A stretch of DNA of 59,289 nucleotides from an uncultured bacterium (GCA_965371515.1 CBDUYR010000013.1:1-59289), one strand, 5' to 3'; counted from the stretch's first letter, positions 26,901-37,700 are shown. Notes: a model not told the origin generated them from the sequence alone. Numbers and translations are program-made.

Positions 26901-28692
26901 AGATGTGGCTGATGATGTCCTGCTTCTCGGGGATCCCGTCGAGTCTCTCCTCGATGTCGCGGACGACGGCATCGGTCGATTCGAGTGTAGAGCCGCGCGG
27001 CATGACGAGGAAGATATCGAACGATCCCGTCTCCTCAATATTTGAAGAGCCTGCACTGAGGCCGACGCAGAGTATGATGCTGACGAAGAAGATGACGAGC
27101 GCCCCGACCGTTGTCCTCGCAGGGTATCTCATCCCCGTCTTGAGCAGGACGCGGTATATCTCCATCATCCTGCCGCCCGAGGACTGGACCGGGCTGTAGT
27201 CGGTTCTTTTCTCTTTAGAGAGGAAGTAATGGCTGACCATCGGGACGAGCAGAAGGGCGGCTGCGAGGGAGACGATCAGCGTAGAGACGATTGACACTCC
27301 GATGTGCTTTCCGAGACTCTGAACTATGAAATTCGAGGAGAAGACGAAGGGAAGGAAGACCGTTATCGTGGTCGCCGTCGCGGCAGTTATTGAGCGCCAG
27401 ACCTCGCTCACTCCCTGGATTACGGCTCTGTCGGCGCGGATACCCTTCGATGCGAGCCTGTATATGTTCTCCAGGACGACGACTCCGTTGTCGAGGAGCA
27501 TTCCGATCGCAAGTGCGATCCCGATGAGGGTGAGGGAGTTTATCGATATCCCCGCCGCGTAGAAGAAGTTCATCGCGATGTAAACCGAAATGGGAATCGA
27601 CAGGGCGATCACGAATACGAGCCGGAGGTTCCTGAGAAAGAACCACAGTATGACGATAGCGAGCAGTCCGCCGATGAGGGCGAGCCTGACAATGAGATTT
27701 ATATTGCCGCGTATCGACTCGGCGCCGTCGTACTGGACGACGATCTCCATCTCCTGGCCACGCATCTCGCGATTCAGTCGCTCGACCATCTCGAGGGCCC
27801 TGTCGGAGACCTCGATCATGTTGACCATCTGGTCCTTCATCAGGTTCATCGAGACTGTTTCCATGCCGTTTACACGGGTGATGTTCTCCTGCTTTTTCAC
27901 GCCGAAGTAGATCTCGGCGATGTCGCCTAGCAGGACGGGCCCGTCTGGATGCACGACGATCTTCTCGAGGTCGGCGATGTCGAGATATTCAGTCACAACA
28001 TTGACGAAGTATTTCCTGTCCCTTTCGACCGCCTGACCGACGAAGGTATTGGAAGCGCCGTTCTGAGAGATAAGAGCGGAGATCCTCGACGCTGTGAGCC
28101 CGTAGGCCTCGATAGCCTCGTCGTGGAGGACGATGTCGACCGACTTTTCCCGGCCGCCCGTAACGCTTACCTCGGCAATCCCCTCTATGCTCTCGAACTT
28201 CCTTCTGATCTTATCGTCTACTACCCGGCGGACGCGGTCGATGCCGCCCGTTCCCCGGATCTCGAGGTCCATCAGATTGTCAGAGATCCTCTGTGTGTCG
28301 AACTTGATGACCCTTACGAAGTAGTCCTCGGGGATCGAGGATCTGATCTCGGCGATCTTCTCCTCGAGTTTGAGGTAGGCGTACTTGATTTCTACGCCCT
28401 TCTTGTATTCGATCGTGATACTGCCCGACCCGCGGCCTATGTCTGATTCGATACGCTCGATCCCCTCGAGGGTGCCGGCCGCCTCCTCGATCGGGATAAT
28501 CGCCTCTTTCTCGACGCGGACCGGATCGGCGGGCCTCATTGACCGGACCATTACAAAGAGGTAGGGAAGCTCGATGTCTGGGATCAGCTCCACGGAGAGG
28601 CGCCTCTGCGATATGATTCCGAGCATCACAAGCCCGATGAAGAGCATGCTGATAAAAGTCTTGCGGCGGATTATGAAGTTGCCAGCGCTCAT
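23950..28692 (-). CDS. RND (AcrB-like) permease fused to an ABC ATPase domain
   Basis: The first ~1025 aa are RND (GMLLDNGVVVLENI, FESL..P, GVVVNNGI, RVRPILIT). The C-terminal NBD has GPNGAGKT, LPQ, FSGGMKQ, ILVVDEP and STH. It is one uninterrupted 1580-aa ORF. Confidence 0.92.
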   Translation of the reverse strand: MSAGNFIIRRKTFISMLFIGLVMLGIISQRRLSVELIPDIELPYLFVMVRSMRPADPVRVEKEAIIPIEEAAGTLEGIERIESDIGRGSGSITIEYKKGVEIKYAYLKLEEKIAEIRSSIPEDYFVRVIKFDTQRISDNLMDLEIRGTGGIDRVRRVVDDKIRRKFESIEGIAEVSVTGGREKSVDIVLHDEAIEAYGLTASRISALISQNGASNTFVGQAVERDRKYFVNVVTEYLDIADLEKIVVHPDGPVLLGDIAEIYFGVKKQENITRVNGMETVSMNLMKDQMVNMIEVSDRALEMVERLNREMRGQEMEIVVQYDGAESIRGNINLIVRLALIGGLLAIVILWFFLRNLRLVFVIALSIPISVYIAMNFFYAAGISINSLTLIGIALAIGMLLDNGVVVLENIYRLASKGIRADRAVIQGVSEVWRSITAATATTITVFLPFVFSSNFIVQSLGKHIGVSIVSTLIVSLAAALLLVPMVSHYFLSKEKRTDYSPVQSSGGRMMEIYRVLLKTGMRYPARTTVGALVIFFVSIILCVGLSAGSSNIEETGSFDIFLVMPRGSTLESTDAVVRDIEERLDGIPEKQDIISHIYEEDARITVKLKDGYSDIDRRNLGQVKSDAKQRVAPIRTGDISFDEPTSSTRYRGRRGGGMGGAMGRFFGFGSQQKSIVVKGNDYEAMSRFASNLADYIDDLASTASANYDVIPGSPEIQLMFDMPLLTWNDLTLQSVSRELSSFQPERSTGQVFKDGTDEYEIVIRSAGVEERHTDDLREMSLQSPSGAVIELEEISDMVYSRGMTRIRRINQEKQISITYSFIDGINDSRKLLEAAEIEIEDLIAGLIVPQGMAVEIVEDDSGIGDFKFLILAAFILIYMILASVFESLTTPVVMMFTIPLAAIGSLWLLILTGTSIVDVYTLTGFLILLGVVVNNGIILIDYSLILRRRGYRSTRALMMAGQARVRPILITAITTIAAMIPLAMGKEEEVSVIGAPFAITVIGGLTVSTLFTLVFIPVVYSGLDSALGWLRGLDWRIKLAQGLAAVLGIWLVWEKIDSLIWRSALTATLIMVIPAVTWFILASLRKASAKVIDSDSTITITVRNLVKIYDQPSKFVREWKKGGRIRESRGDTRTSDAGDLLWQLPVLGFIIYFAYYYLSSFFWAFVLSHLLFFFLMFVWDGWSERLSGLAGLAGRLLRGLSRIFIWLFPLVNLTVFYRKWDNLAAVIFIAVLWFTAIAVFSTSRRLHRDKINIARIEGRLSGIRRALYRFVLMIPVIGKRKQPFKALDRVSLEIGNGMFGLLGPNGAGKTTLMRVICGILDQSYGKVYINGIDTAEKREELQGLIGYLPQEFGTYENLTAREFLDYQAILKGLADRKKRRDMVDYVLEAVHIEEHADRKIGAFSGGMKQRVGIAQILLHLPRILVVDEPTAGLDPRERIRFRNLLVELSRDRVVIFSTHIIEDIYSSCNKVAVLNRGQLLYLDEPTKMTATAAGKVWSFSVEPADFERLRKEHLVVHHMRDGANIKVRCLAAVKPVPDAHEARPTLEDAYLWLLRSSGSDVLGVRKAAAEAAGGDADEQV

Positions 28693-31600
28693 CGGCTCCG
28701 ATCCAGGACGGAATAGACACAGGGTATTACTATGAGGGTGAGTATCGTCGACGTAACCAGTCCGCCGATAACCGCCAGGGCCATCGGAGAGCGGAGCGAG
28801 ACTCCCTCGCCGAATCCCAGGGTGAGGGGGAGGAGCGCGAGGATCGTCGTGGCGCTTGTCATCACGATAGGCCTGATCCTCATCCTGCCGGCGGCGACGA
28901 TAGCCTCCATCTTGGCCATGCCGTCGCGCTTCAGACGATTGATCGCATCGATCAGGATGATCGAATCGTTCACCGCTATGCCTACGAGCATGATCATCCC
29001 GATATAGGCCATGACGCTCAGGGGTCGGCCGAGCGCGAAGAAGATCAGTACGGCGCCTACCCCGGCCAGCGGAATCGTCAGAAGGATCGCGAACGGATGT
29101 ATGAGCGATTCGAACTGCGAGGCGAGGACCATGTATACCAGGATCACCGATAGTATCAGGGCAAATCGCAGGTCGCGGAATTCCTCACGCCTCTTGGCCT
29201 CCTCGCCTGCGATCGCGAGCCGGTAGTCGGGCGGAAGGTCTATCGCGGCGAGGGTGCCGTTTATCTCGCGTATCGCGTGGTCGAACGGCCTGCCCTCACG
29301 CTTGTGCGCGGTGACGATTGCGGCCCTCATCTGCCCGCGCCTGTTTATCTCGCGCGGCGCAGTTCCGATCTCGAGGGTCGCCAGTTCGTCGAGGCGGTAT
29401 TTCCTGCCGCCGGAATCGACGTAGATCCTGTCGAGGTCACCGAGTCCCACATCGGGAAGCATTACTGTGATGTCGGTCTTCTCTCCGCCGCGGTCCCATT
29501 CGCCCGCGTTCCGGCCGGTCAGTCTCGATTCGAGGGCTCCGGTCACCTCGCTGAGCTGTACCTGGAGCATACCCGCCCTGAGGCGGTCGACGACGACGCT
29601 GACCTCGGGACGACCGTGCTCGAGGGATGTCTCGACATTGTACAGGTCCTCGATTCCCGAGAGCTTCTCCCTGACCTGATCGGCAAGAAGGGTAAGAGTT
29701 TCGAGGTCGTCCCCCTTGATCTCGATCACCACGGGAGCAGAATCCGCCCCCAGGATGGAGCGAAGGGCCGTCTGGTCCTGCACGAGCCTTGATTCGACGC
29801 CCGGTATCGTCGCGAGCGCCGCTCCGAGGCCGGACATGATCTCTCCGGAGCTGCGGCTGTGCCCTTCAGCGAACTTGATCTTCACGACAGCGGTGTTTTC
29901 GTCCTGGAAGACGGAAGATTCGTCGCTGCCTATTCCGGTCACCGGCCCGGCCGTGCTGTACAGAGTCTCGATCGCGTCGCCGAAGATTCCCTTCATCAGC
30001 TCCTCGAGTCCTCTGACCGTTCCGTCGGTTCTTGTCAGGTCGGAGCCTTCGGGCAGAGTGAGGTATATCGAGTATTCATCGGCATCCGCCTCGGGTATGA
30101 ACTCGCTGCCCACTATGGGAAGGATGAGGACGGCCAGCGCCACGAGGGCGGCAGCCCCGATGATGACAGCCCAGCGTCTCTCGAGCGCCTTCGTCAGAAT
30201 GACGCCGTACCTTTCGAAGCGGACCGGCTGTGCAGCGGTCGCGGCCTTGCCGCTCCCGAGGAACCTGCTGGCCAGCATGGGGATTATCAGTATCGCGACT
30301 GCAAGGGAGGAGAGAAGGGCGAATGCGACGGTCCACGCCTGGTCCTTGAAGAGCTCCCCGGCCGCGCCGTGCAGGTAGACTATCGGGAGGAAAACGACGA
30401 TCGTAGTTATCGTCGAAGCCGTGATCGCGCCGCTGACCTGTGCCGTGCCGGTCGCGGCGGCCTCCCTGACGTTCATGCCCGATTCGATATTCCGGACTAT
30501 GTTCTCGACGACGACGATGGCGTTGTCGACGAGCATGCCGGCGCCGAGGGCGAGGCCTCCGAGCGTCATGATGTTGAGCGACAGTCCCTTGAAGTACATC
30601 AGGTTGAAGGTCGCTACGATCGAGACCGGTATCGATATGCTGATGATAGCAGTGGTCCCGATGCGCCTGAGAAAGACGAAGAGTATGAGTATTGCGAGGA
30701 ATATTCCGAAGAGTGCCGTCTGCCTCACCTCACCGATAGACGAGTTGATGAACTGTCCCTGGTCCTGGATGACGACGAGGTCATATCCGGGCAGCGCCTT
30801 CTCGATACGGTCGAGAGCTGCGATGAGATTATCGCTCGCCTCGACGGTATTGAACCGCATCTCCTTGTATATCGAGAGCCCGAGGCACCTCGTGCCGTTG
30901 ATCCTTACGATGTTCTCCGGATCCCTGTTGCTGAGCGAAACTTCGGCCACGTCGTGCAGGTATACGGGTGCTTTCTCCGTCGATCCGTCATCGGTCTGCA
31001 TGCGCTCCGCGGAGAGCTGCTGCCCCTCGCCGGGCTCCTTCCAGGCGAGGATGATCTGCCTGATATCCTCGATCGATTCCATGACGGAGACGCCCTTGAT
31101 CAGGTAAGAGATGCCCATCTCGGTGACTGTGCCGCCCGAAGCCTCGACGTTGTAGTTTCTTATCGTCGCAGCGATGTCGTCGACCGAGAGGCCGTAAGCT
31201 TCCAGTGTGTAGGAATCTGTCTGTACGATCACTTCCTTGGTCTCGCCTCCCGAGATTTCTACCCCGGCGATCCCATCGATCCTCACAAGTTCGTTTCGTA
31301 TGTAGTTCTCGGCGATCCTGCGCGGGACGTCCATATCGATAACGTCGGGATTGACGAGGGCAACCATCATGACTGGATCGGAGTTAGGATTGTGCTGTGT
31401 GATCGTGATCTCGAGGTCGTCGTATCTCTGCCCGAAGTCGGCCGCGGCCTTCTGGAGGTTGAGGAAGGCCTCGTCCATATCCATGTCCCAGCCGTACTCG
31501 ACTGTGATACGTGCAGCGCCGACCCTGATCATAGAGGAGACCCCGGTGATTCCCTTCTGTGTGAAGATCAGGTTCTCCATATTGTCGACGTACTGCTTTT

Positions 31601-31781
31601 CCATCTCCTCGGGAGGGCGTTCGCCCGCCTCTATCTCGATGAAGAGTCGGGGATTGTTCAGGTCGGGGAAGAGGTCTATTCCGAGGCGCTGGAACGAGAT
31701 CCAGCCGAGCAGGATCACGCCCAGGACGATCATTGTCACGGTAACGGGATGGTTAACGGAAAAGTCCGCTATCTTCCTCAT
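28689..31781 (-). CDS. RND efflux permease (AcrB/AcrD/AcrF family)
   Basis: GMLVDNAIVVVENI, QFESL.HP, GIAVND, RIRPIVMT and MALAVIGGL. TGATG overlap with the adaptor gene. Confidence 0.93.
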   Translation of the reverse strand: MRKIADFSVNHPVTVTMIVLGVILLGWISFQRLGIDLFPDLNNPRLFIEIEAGERPPEEMEKQYVDNMENLIFTQKGITGVSSMIRVGAARITVEYGWDMDMDEAFLNLQKAAADFGQRYDDLEITITQHNPNSDPVMMVALVNPDVIDMDVPRRIAENYIRNELVRIDGIAGVEISGGETKEVIVQTDSYTLEAYGLSVDDIAATIRNYNVEASGGTVTEMGISYLIKGVSVMESIEDIRQIILAWKEPGEGQQLSAERMQTDDGSTEKAPVYLHDVAEVSLSNRDPENIVRINGTRCLGLSIYKEMRFNTVEASDNLIAALDRIEKALPGYDLVVIQDQGQFINSSIGEVRQTALFGIFLAILILFVFLRRIGTTAIISISIPVSIVATFNLMYFKGLSLNIMTLGGLALGAGMLVDNAIVVVENIVRNIESGMNVREAAATGTAQVSGAITASTITTIVVFLPIVYLHGAAGELFKDQAWTVAFALLSSLAVAILIIPMLASRFLGSGKAATAAQPVRFERYGVILTKALERRWAVIIGAAALVALAVLILPIVGSEFIPEADADEYSIYLTLPEGSDLTRTDGTVRGLEELMKGIFGDAIETLYSTAGPVTGIGSDESSVFQDENTAVVKIKFAEGHSRSSGEIMSGLGAALATIPGVESRLVQDQTALRSILGADSAPVVIEIKGDDLETLTLLADQVREKLSGIEDLYNVETSLEHGRPEVSVVVDRLRAGMLQVQLSEVTGALESRLTGRNAGEWDRGGEKTDITVMLPDVGLGDLDRIYVDSGGRKYRLDELATLEIGTAPREINRRGQMRAAIVTAHKREGRPFDHAIREINGTLAAIDLPPDYRLAIAGEEAKRREEFRDLRFALILSVILVYMVLASQFESLIHPFAILLTIPLAGVGAVLIFFALGRPLSVMAYIGMIMLVGIAVNDSIILIDAINRLKRDGMAKMEAIVAAGRMRIRPIVMTSATTILALLPLTLGFGEGVSLRSPMALAVIGGLVTSTILTLIVIPCVYSVLDRSR

Positions 31782-32830
31782 CACCTCACGACCTTTACCT
31801 TCGACCTGTTCCTCAGCGTCTCGAAACCCCTGATTACGAGACGGTCATTGACCTCCAGGCCGTCGAGTACTTCGATCCAGCCGGGGTTCTCGAGGCCCGT
31901 CGTAATGATACGTTCCTGCGCGGCGCCTTTCTGGACGATGAAGACCGTCTTGCCGCGCTGCTTGACCTGGATCACGTCCTTGGGTATGACGATCGTCGAG
32001 TCGCTGCCTGCGACTACGATCTCGGCCTTGACGAACATGCCCGGACGCAGGATCAGATCGGGATTGCCGATCTCGATCATAGTCTTGAACGACCTCGAAG
32101 CAGGATCGAGTGCGGGGGAGACCTGCGTCACAACACCCGAAAGCGTGTCGTCGGGGAGGGTGTAATTCATTATACGTACGTTCTGGCCTGCGTCGGCGCG
32201 GCCGAGTTCCTTGCCGGGGAGGCTCACCTCGAGCTGGAGGCGGCTGTACTCTTTCACGCCGAGCAGTTCGGCTCCCTGTGCCACCTTGACCCCCCGCGTG
32301 TAGTAGGGGAGGCTCGTGATGACGCCTTTAAAGGGTGCGGTGATCTGAAGGTTCTCGAGGCGGAACTGGGCGTTCTCGTAGTCGTACTTCGAGTCGATGT
32401 AGGAGCGCTCGGCCTGGCTCAGCTCCAGTCGCGTGACTCCGCCTTTGTCGTAGAGAGATTTCTGCTGCTCGTATTCGAGACGCGCAGTCTCGAGGGTAAG
32501 TTTCTTCGCATCGATCCTGATGTTGTTTTCTTCCTCGGGATTCACCAGGTGGATTATCCTGGTGCCCTTTGCGACGATTTCGCCCAGAGCGAACGGTTTG
32601 CCCGTTGAGGGATTTTTAAGCAGGATGTACTCGCCGCCTGTCTCGGCGTTGATCGTAACCTCCTTGGAGGCCTTTACCGTACCGGTCGCTGTCACGAACT
32701 CCTCGATCGAGCCGGGAGCGATCTCCTCGACCGAAACGGGAACGGCGACCTCGACGTCTGTTCCCTCGTCCCCGCCTCCACAGGAAGCGAAAGTCAGCAG
32801 GGCGATTGATAACAGTGTGATTTTCTTCAC
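31781..32830 (-). CDS. RND periplasmic adaptor (membrane fusion protein), lipoprotein
   Basis: GTG start after AAGGAG, lipobox FASC, and motifs I.APF.G, LRPGMF, IP and GL...D.LV..G. Confidence 0.9.
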   Translation of the reverse strand: MKKITLLSIALLTFASCGGGDEGTDVEVAVPVSVEEIAPGSIEEFVTATGTVKASKEVTINAETGGEYILLKNPSTGKPFALGEIVAKGTRIIHLVNPEEENNIRIDAKKLTLETARLEYEQQKSLYDKGGVTRLELSQAERSYIDSKYDYENAQFRLENLQITAPFKGVITSLPYYTRGVKVAQGAELLGVKEYSRLQLEVSLPGKELGRADAGQNVRIMNYTLPDDTLSGVVTQVSPALDPASRSFKTMIEIGNPDLILRPGMFVKAEIVVAGSDSTIVIPKDVIQVKQRGKTVFIVQKGAAQERIITTGLENPGWIEVLDGLEVNDRLVIRGFETLRNRSKVKVVR

Positions 32831-32857
32831 TTCCCACTCCTTGCTCAATGATATATA

Positions 32858-34762
32858 TCAGTTCTTTGAATAATTCAGCGGAACGACCTTTGCGTAACCT
32901 ATCTGGGAAAGATCGAGCAGCCGCTGTTTTGTCGATGCTGCCTCTTCCGGCGTCCGATACTCTCCAACGTAGACTCTGTACCATGTCCGACCGTTTACTT
33001 CGGTCGCTAATATGGTAGCGGCGAAACCGTTCTTCTCCAGATAATCGCTCTCGCTGCCCGCCCGCCCGATTTCCGTGAAAGACGCTACATGAACCGTATA
33101 ATACGAGACCTCGTAAGCAGGAGCAGCCGTGGAGGGCTTCCCGACGGGAACCGGTCCGGCCACAATCGCTCTCTCCATACCGTCCGATTCGTATTCTGCG
33201 GGCGCCGCGTCGTCCTGCATACGGTCCTGATCGAATCCGGCGGCACTGCTCTCACCTTCCTCGATGCCAGAGGTTGATATCGTGATGACGGGGCGGTCGT
33301 TTTCGAAATCCCACAATGATTGTATCTTCAGGTCGAGCAGTTGCAGCCTGTAGTTGATAAGGTCATTGATCTCGCTTAGTCTCGCGTTGGAGAGGGACTG
33401 TCGGTAATCGCCAAGCAGCTGACTCGTCAGGTCCCCGTTCTGGTATTTCTCGAGGTTGATCTCGTACGTCTTCTCCGCGCTCTCGACACGTCTGCTGGCG
33501 AGCTCGATCTGGCGGACGAGGTTGTCGAGCGCGCGGCACGACTCGCGGATATCCATAGTTATTTCGTATCTGTCTTCCTCGAGAGTAAGTTTCTGGCTCT
33601 CGAGACTGATCTCGCTGGCGAGTATCGTATTCTTTTTCTGTCCCCAGTCCCAGATCGGTATGTCGAATGAAATGCTGACAAGCTGCTCATCCGTCCGCTT
33701 CTCGTAGATGTTGTTAAAATCAGGATTTGTCCCTGACGATCCCCAGGAGAGATGCAGATCGCCCCTGAATTCGTTGACCGTTCCAGCGCGGACTATTGCG
33801 TTGTAAGCGTTGGCGATTGTGATCTCCTGCTGGCGGAGTTCCATCCTCGTTTCGAGCCCGTGCCTGACGGCGAATTCCATGTTGATGCCGACTGGATTGA
33901 ATCCGATGTCGGTATCGATGTCGATATCGTCGTCGAGGGGGAGGCCGATGAGGTATTTGAAGCGGTCGAAGGCGTTGGCGAGCGAGACGGTCGTGTTGTT
34001 ATAGTTCGATTCGCTCGCAAGCATATCGGTCTCGGCCTGGGTGAGGTCGTCGAGCTTCCCGATTCCCGCATCGTACTTGTTTTTCATGATCCGGTGATTC
34101 TCGCGGTCGGACTCCATTGCGTCACGGTTGATCTCCAGCCTCATCTTGTCTGCGTAAAGATAGTAGAACTCCCTCATCACCCTTCTCTCGATGTTCAGCT
34201 TCGTGATCACGAAGCTGAGCTCACTGCTTTCGAAATCGAGCTCGAGCTCGCTGAGGTCCATCTTCATCCTGTTGTATGTGAACAGGGGCTGGTCGAACTG
34301 GAGATAGAGTGCATTACGGTAGTTCTGAGTCGATTCGTCGTTGACCTCGCTGTAGGTGTCGTGCCAGGAGAGGCGGTCGTTGAGCGAGAGCACGCCGTCG
34401 GTCCACTTGATCGGCTGCCTGATCGAGATCTGTCCGGCTATATCCTTTGATTCGTACGTGTACCAGGTGGAGAAGAACTCGTCGAACCTGTTGGTGTTCT
34501 GATACGAGATCGGTCCGAGGGTCAACCCGAACTGCGTCTTCAGACTCGCCTCCTCTGCCCTGAGCCTTGCCTCGCTCGCGTCCAGGCGGAATTTCGTATG
34601 CCTGATATCGGGGCTGTTCTCCATCGCGATGGAAAGGGCGTCGTTGAGCGACAGTATGTGCTGCGCCGACACACCGGACGGCACGGCGGCCAGCAGCAGA
34701 GGGGCAAGCAGTACTGCGGCGAACCTCCTCGCCGCTCCGGAGATCCTCGATTCGGATACCAT
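32858..34762 (-). CDS. TolC-family outer membrane factor fused to a C-terminal SPOR domain
   Basis: Signal peptide and TolC motifs LSL.DAL..A.ENSP, QPLF, IPIWDWG and Y..G. After an acidic linker come YTVHVASF...A......L...GF and WYRVYVG.Y....EA. Confidence 0.85.
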   Translation of the reverse strand: MVSESRISGAARRFAAVLLAPLLLAAVPSGVSAQHILSLNDALSIAMENSPDIRHTKFRLDASEARLRAEEASLKTQFGLTLGPISYQNTNRFDEFFSTWYTYESKDIAGQISIRQPIKWTDGVLSLNDRLSWHDTYSEVNDESTQNYRNALYLQFDQPLFTYNRMKMDLSELELDFESSELSFVITKLNIERRVMREFYYLYADKMRLEINRDAMESDRENHRIMKNKYDAGIGKLDDLTQAETDMLASESNYNNTTVSLANAFDRFKYLIGLPLDDDIDIDTDIGFNPVGINMEFAVRHGLETRMELRQQEITIANAYNAIVRAGTVNEFRGDLHLSWGSSGTNPDFNNIYEKRTDEQLVSISFDIPIWDWGQKKNTILASEISLESQKLTLEEDRYEITMDIRESCRALDNLVRQIELASRRVESAEKTYEINLEKYQNGDLTSQLLGDYRQSLSNARLSEINDLINYRLQLLDLKIQSLWDFENDRPVITISTSGIEEGESSAAGFDQDRMQDDAAPAEYESDGMERAIVAGPVPVGKPSTAAPAYEVSYYTVHVASFTEIGRAGSESDYLEKNGFAATILATEVNGRTWYRVYVGEYRTPEEAASTKQRLLDLSQIGYAKVVPLNYSKN

Positions 34763-34784
34763 CGTAATCTTTCCTTTCTTGAAT

Positions 34785-37700
34785 CTAGCGCCCGACCCAC
34801 TTGACCGCGTCGGCGATCACGAACCGTGCCTCTGACTCGTTGGTAATCTCGATCTTTGCCTCACCCTGAGAGATGTAGTACGAGCCGAGGTAGTTCCATC
34901 CGTCTTCGGCGCTGTTGAGATCGAGTTCGGTCTCTTCGACGCCGTCATCGTGATATATGAGAAAGTGGACCTTTCCGTAATCGGCATCATGGCCTCCGCC
35001 TCTGTGCCTTCGCCAGGGCGAGACGATCCTGCTCGCGTGATAGTAGACGTCGAAGTGCCCGCTCTTCTCGAGTGTGGCCGTGAACGCGGCTGTATGGTCG
35101 CCGCTGCCGCTCGCTATGAAGTGGGCCGAGCGGATCTGGGCGCCGTAGAATTTCGTGTCGATCGTCGGCTGCCACCTGCTCGACTCGCTGCCCCCGTCCC
35201 AGAAACGCATCCCGACATATTTCACATCTTTCTCGCTCGCGCCGCGTGGGATGAGCCTTTTAAGCAGGCTCTTCGATGTGCCCGACGACGATGAGAATCC
35301 GGGATCCTCGTTGTCTACGACCGTCTCTCCCTTGACAGTGAGCTCTACCGGTTTGTCCAGGACCCTTTCGCCGTCAAAAGGTGTGATTTTCTTTTTCTCT
35401 TCAAGTTCCTCGGGAAGATCGATATCCATGAGCACCGGCAGGTTGCGGGAGACCAGTGTGTTGACCTGGACGGATGACGGCTGGAATCCCAGGACGAAAC
35501 CGAGTTCCCTCGTCTCGCCGGCCTTGACCGGAACGTACCGGCTGTAATCCTTGCCCATCGTCATCGTGGCGGTCATCATCCGTCTCATGCGTCCCCCGCC
35601 GCCGCGCATGTTTACGTCCATCTGCTTGAAAGTAAATACAATAAGCCCGTCGGTATCCTCGTTATTGGTCACACTTAGACGGACCTGGAACTTCTCGCGT
35701 TCTTCGTCGATGAACTTGAATATCTCCACCGGGGACATCGTAAATCCGGGGACGGAGATGCCGTCATACCAGCCCTCCGTGATCGCTGAAAGGTCGATGT
35801 TGAACTCATCATTCAGGGAGGAAACAAAGACATCACCGGGCACATTGTCGTACTCGTATTCCTCGAACAGTCCCTTGATAATCTTGTCGAGTTCGTCCCG
35901 GCTCGCGGCGCTCTCCAGCATCCTCAGGAGGAAACTTCCCTTAGATTTGAGGGCGTAGTGAGACATCTTGCGGTATTCGGGGTCGAGGATGAGGTCACGA
36001 AGACTCATCTCGGCGAGCTTGAGGTTGACCCTTTCATCGAGCGTCATCCCCCAGCGCATCCTGCTCCAGCTGAACGTGTTGTCCTCGAGTCTCGACGCGT
36101 ACCATGACTCGAGGGCCATCCCGAGCCAGGGCATCTCCTTCGAATCGATCCCGCCTCGGAAAGCGAGCATGTTGGGGAATACGTTATACGAAGGCGACCT
36201 CTGGAACGGATCATCAGAGTCCCAGTCCGATCTTCCGAATCGCCCGGTAAGTGTCGCGTTCACGAATACCGCGAACATCCCCGCCTGGTTCTCCATCTCC
36301 GAGATATCCTCGTTGCTCCGTTCCTGCTGTCGCTTGGTCCTTCGCTTCATCCTTCTGAAATCAGCGCCACGAATGGTGATGCCCCGTTCGGGGATGAAGA
36401 CCATCTCCGGCTGGACCGTCTCCTGGTAGACCGACCAGGCGTGATAGAACGCCGAGTAATGGACCGGGACCTCGACTATAGAGAATCTCGGGAAGGGATA
36501 TTCGAGGTTGAGATTATTTTCATATGTCTGCCTGAGGTCCCTGATCATAGCCTCGAGAGTGTCCCCGACCTCGGTCATGTACTCCGACCAGTAATCGTTC
36601 CCCGGGCCGAAATAGATATTGTATTCGACCGAGTCGACGACAGCTGTATGTCTCTCGAACCCGGCTATCGTCAGGGAGATCGCAGGGAGGCGGTTTTCGG
36701 GCCTGAAGCTGAATTTTCCCGGGGAGTCATTCGATGACGCACCCTGTGAGACTGCCGTCAGGCCGGGAGTGGTTGTGACATCGAGTGAGAAATCTACGAA
36801 ATCGTGCCTGCGCTCGAGCGGCCTCGAGGGGATGAAGCCGGGCCCGGCGGCGGGGTACCACATCGTCTCCGGGGTGAGCAGGACATATCCGGGATGGATA
36901 TACGAGTATCTCCGCCCCATAACGAAGAACATGAGCCTGTTCATGCCGGTGAGTGTCCCTACATCTATATCGGTATAGAGAGCATCTTCGTTAATAATCC
37001 CTCTCCACTGTATACTGAACGAGTCCTCAGCGCCGGCGGCGAGCGGGCTGCCGGGAACGACCATCAGTATATGCTCATCCCGTTCGTACTTCAGCGTTCC
37101 TGATGCTCCCTCTACTTCACGGACGGTGAGTCCCGGATTGAGGTTGAATATATATGATGAAAGGGGGGCGCCGGTCTCGTTCCGCACTGTTATCTCCGCC
37201 GTGGCGTCTATCAGTCCGCCTTCGTGTTTGAGATCGATGTGGCAGGAGAGGGGCGTCGCGACATCTCTCGCGGAGGCCGCTTCAGATGCTGCAAGTATCC
37301 TCTCGCGCTGGCGAGCCATATTCCCGTCCCTGCCTGTGTAGACTACGATAAGCACTATGGCGAGAGCCGCGCAGGCGAATCCGGCGATCCGCGCAAATCC
37401 CGTCATCACCCTCGATTGCGGGAGCCTGCGTATCATGACGATCGTGAGGGAAATGAACGAAAGGCCGAAGAGAAGATAGATCAAACGCTGCACGAGCATA
37501 TGCGTGATGTCGGCGAAGCCTGTGAACTGCGAATAGACCAGAGGGACGTTGAAGGCGATATAGTCGAAGACGTTGTGAATCCTTGGCCCGAGATAGAAGA
37601 GTGTCATCCCGATATATCCCAGCAGGACGATGAATGTCACAGCCTGGTTACGGATCGTGACCATCATCAGGAAAGCGAATCCCAGGATGAAGATCAGGGT

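Noticed and set aside
29859..32165. 768-aa plus-strand ORF (similar cases: 15190-16542, 13102-14532, 51351-52598)
   Set aside because: Antisense shadows of well-supported genes, expected from GC-rich codon bias. They contain no motifs.
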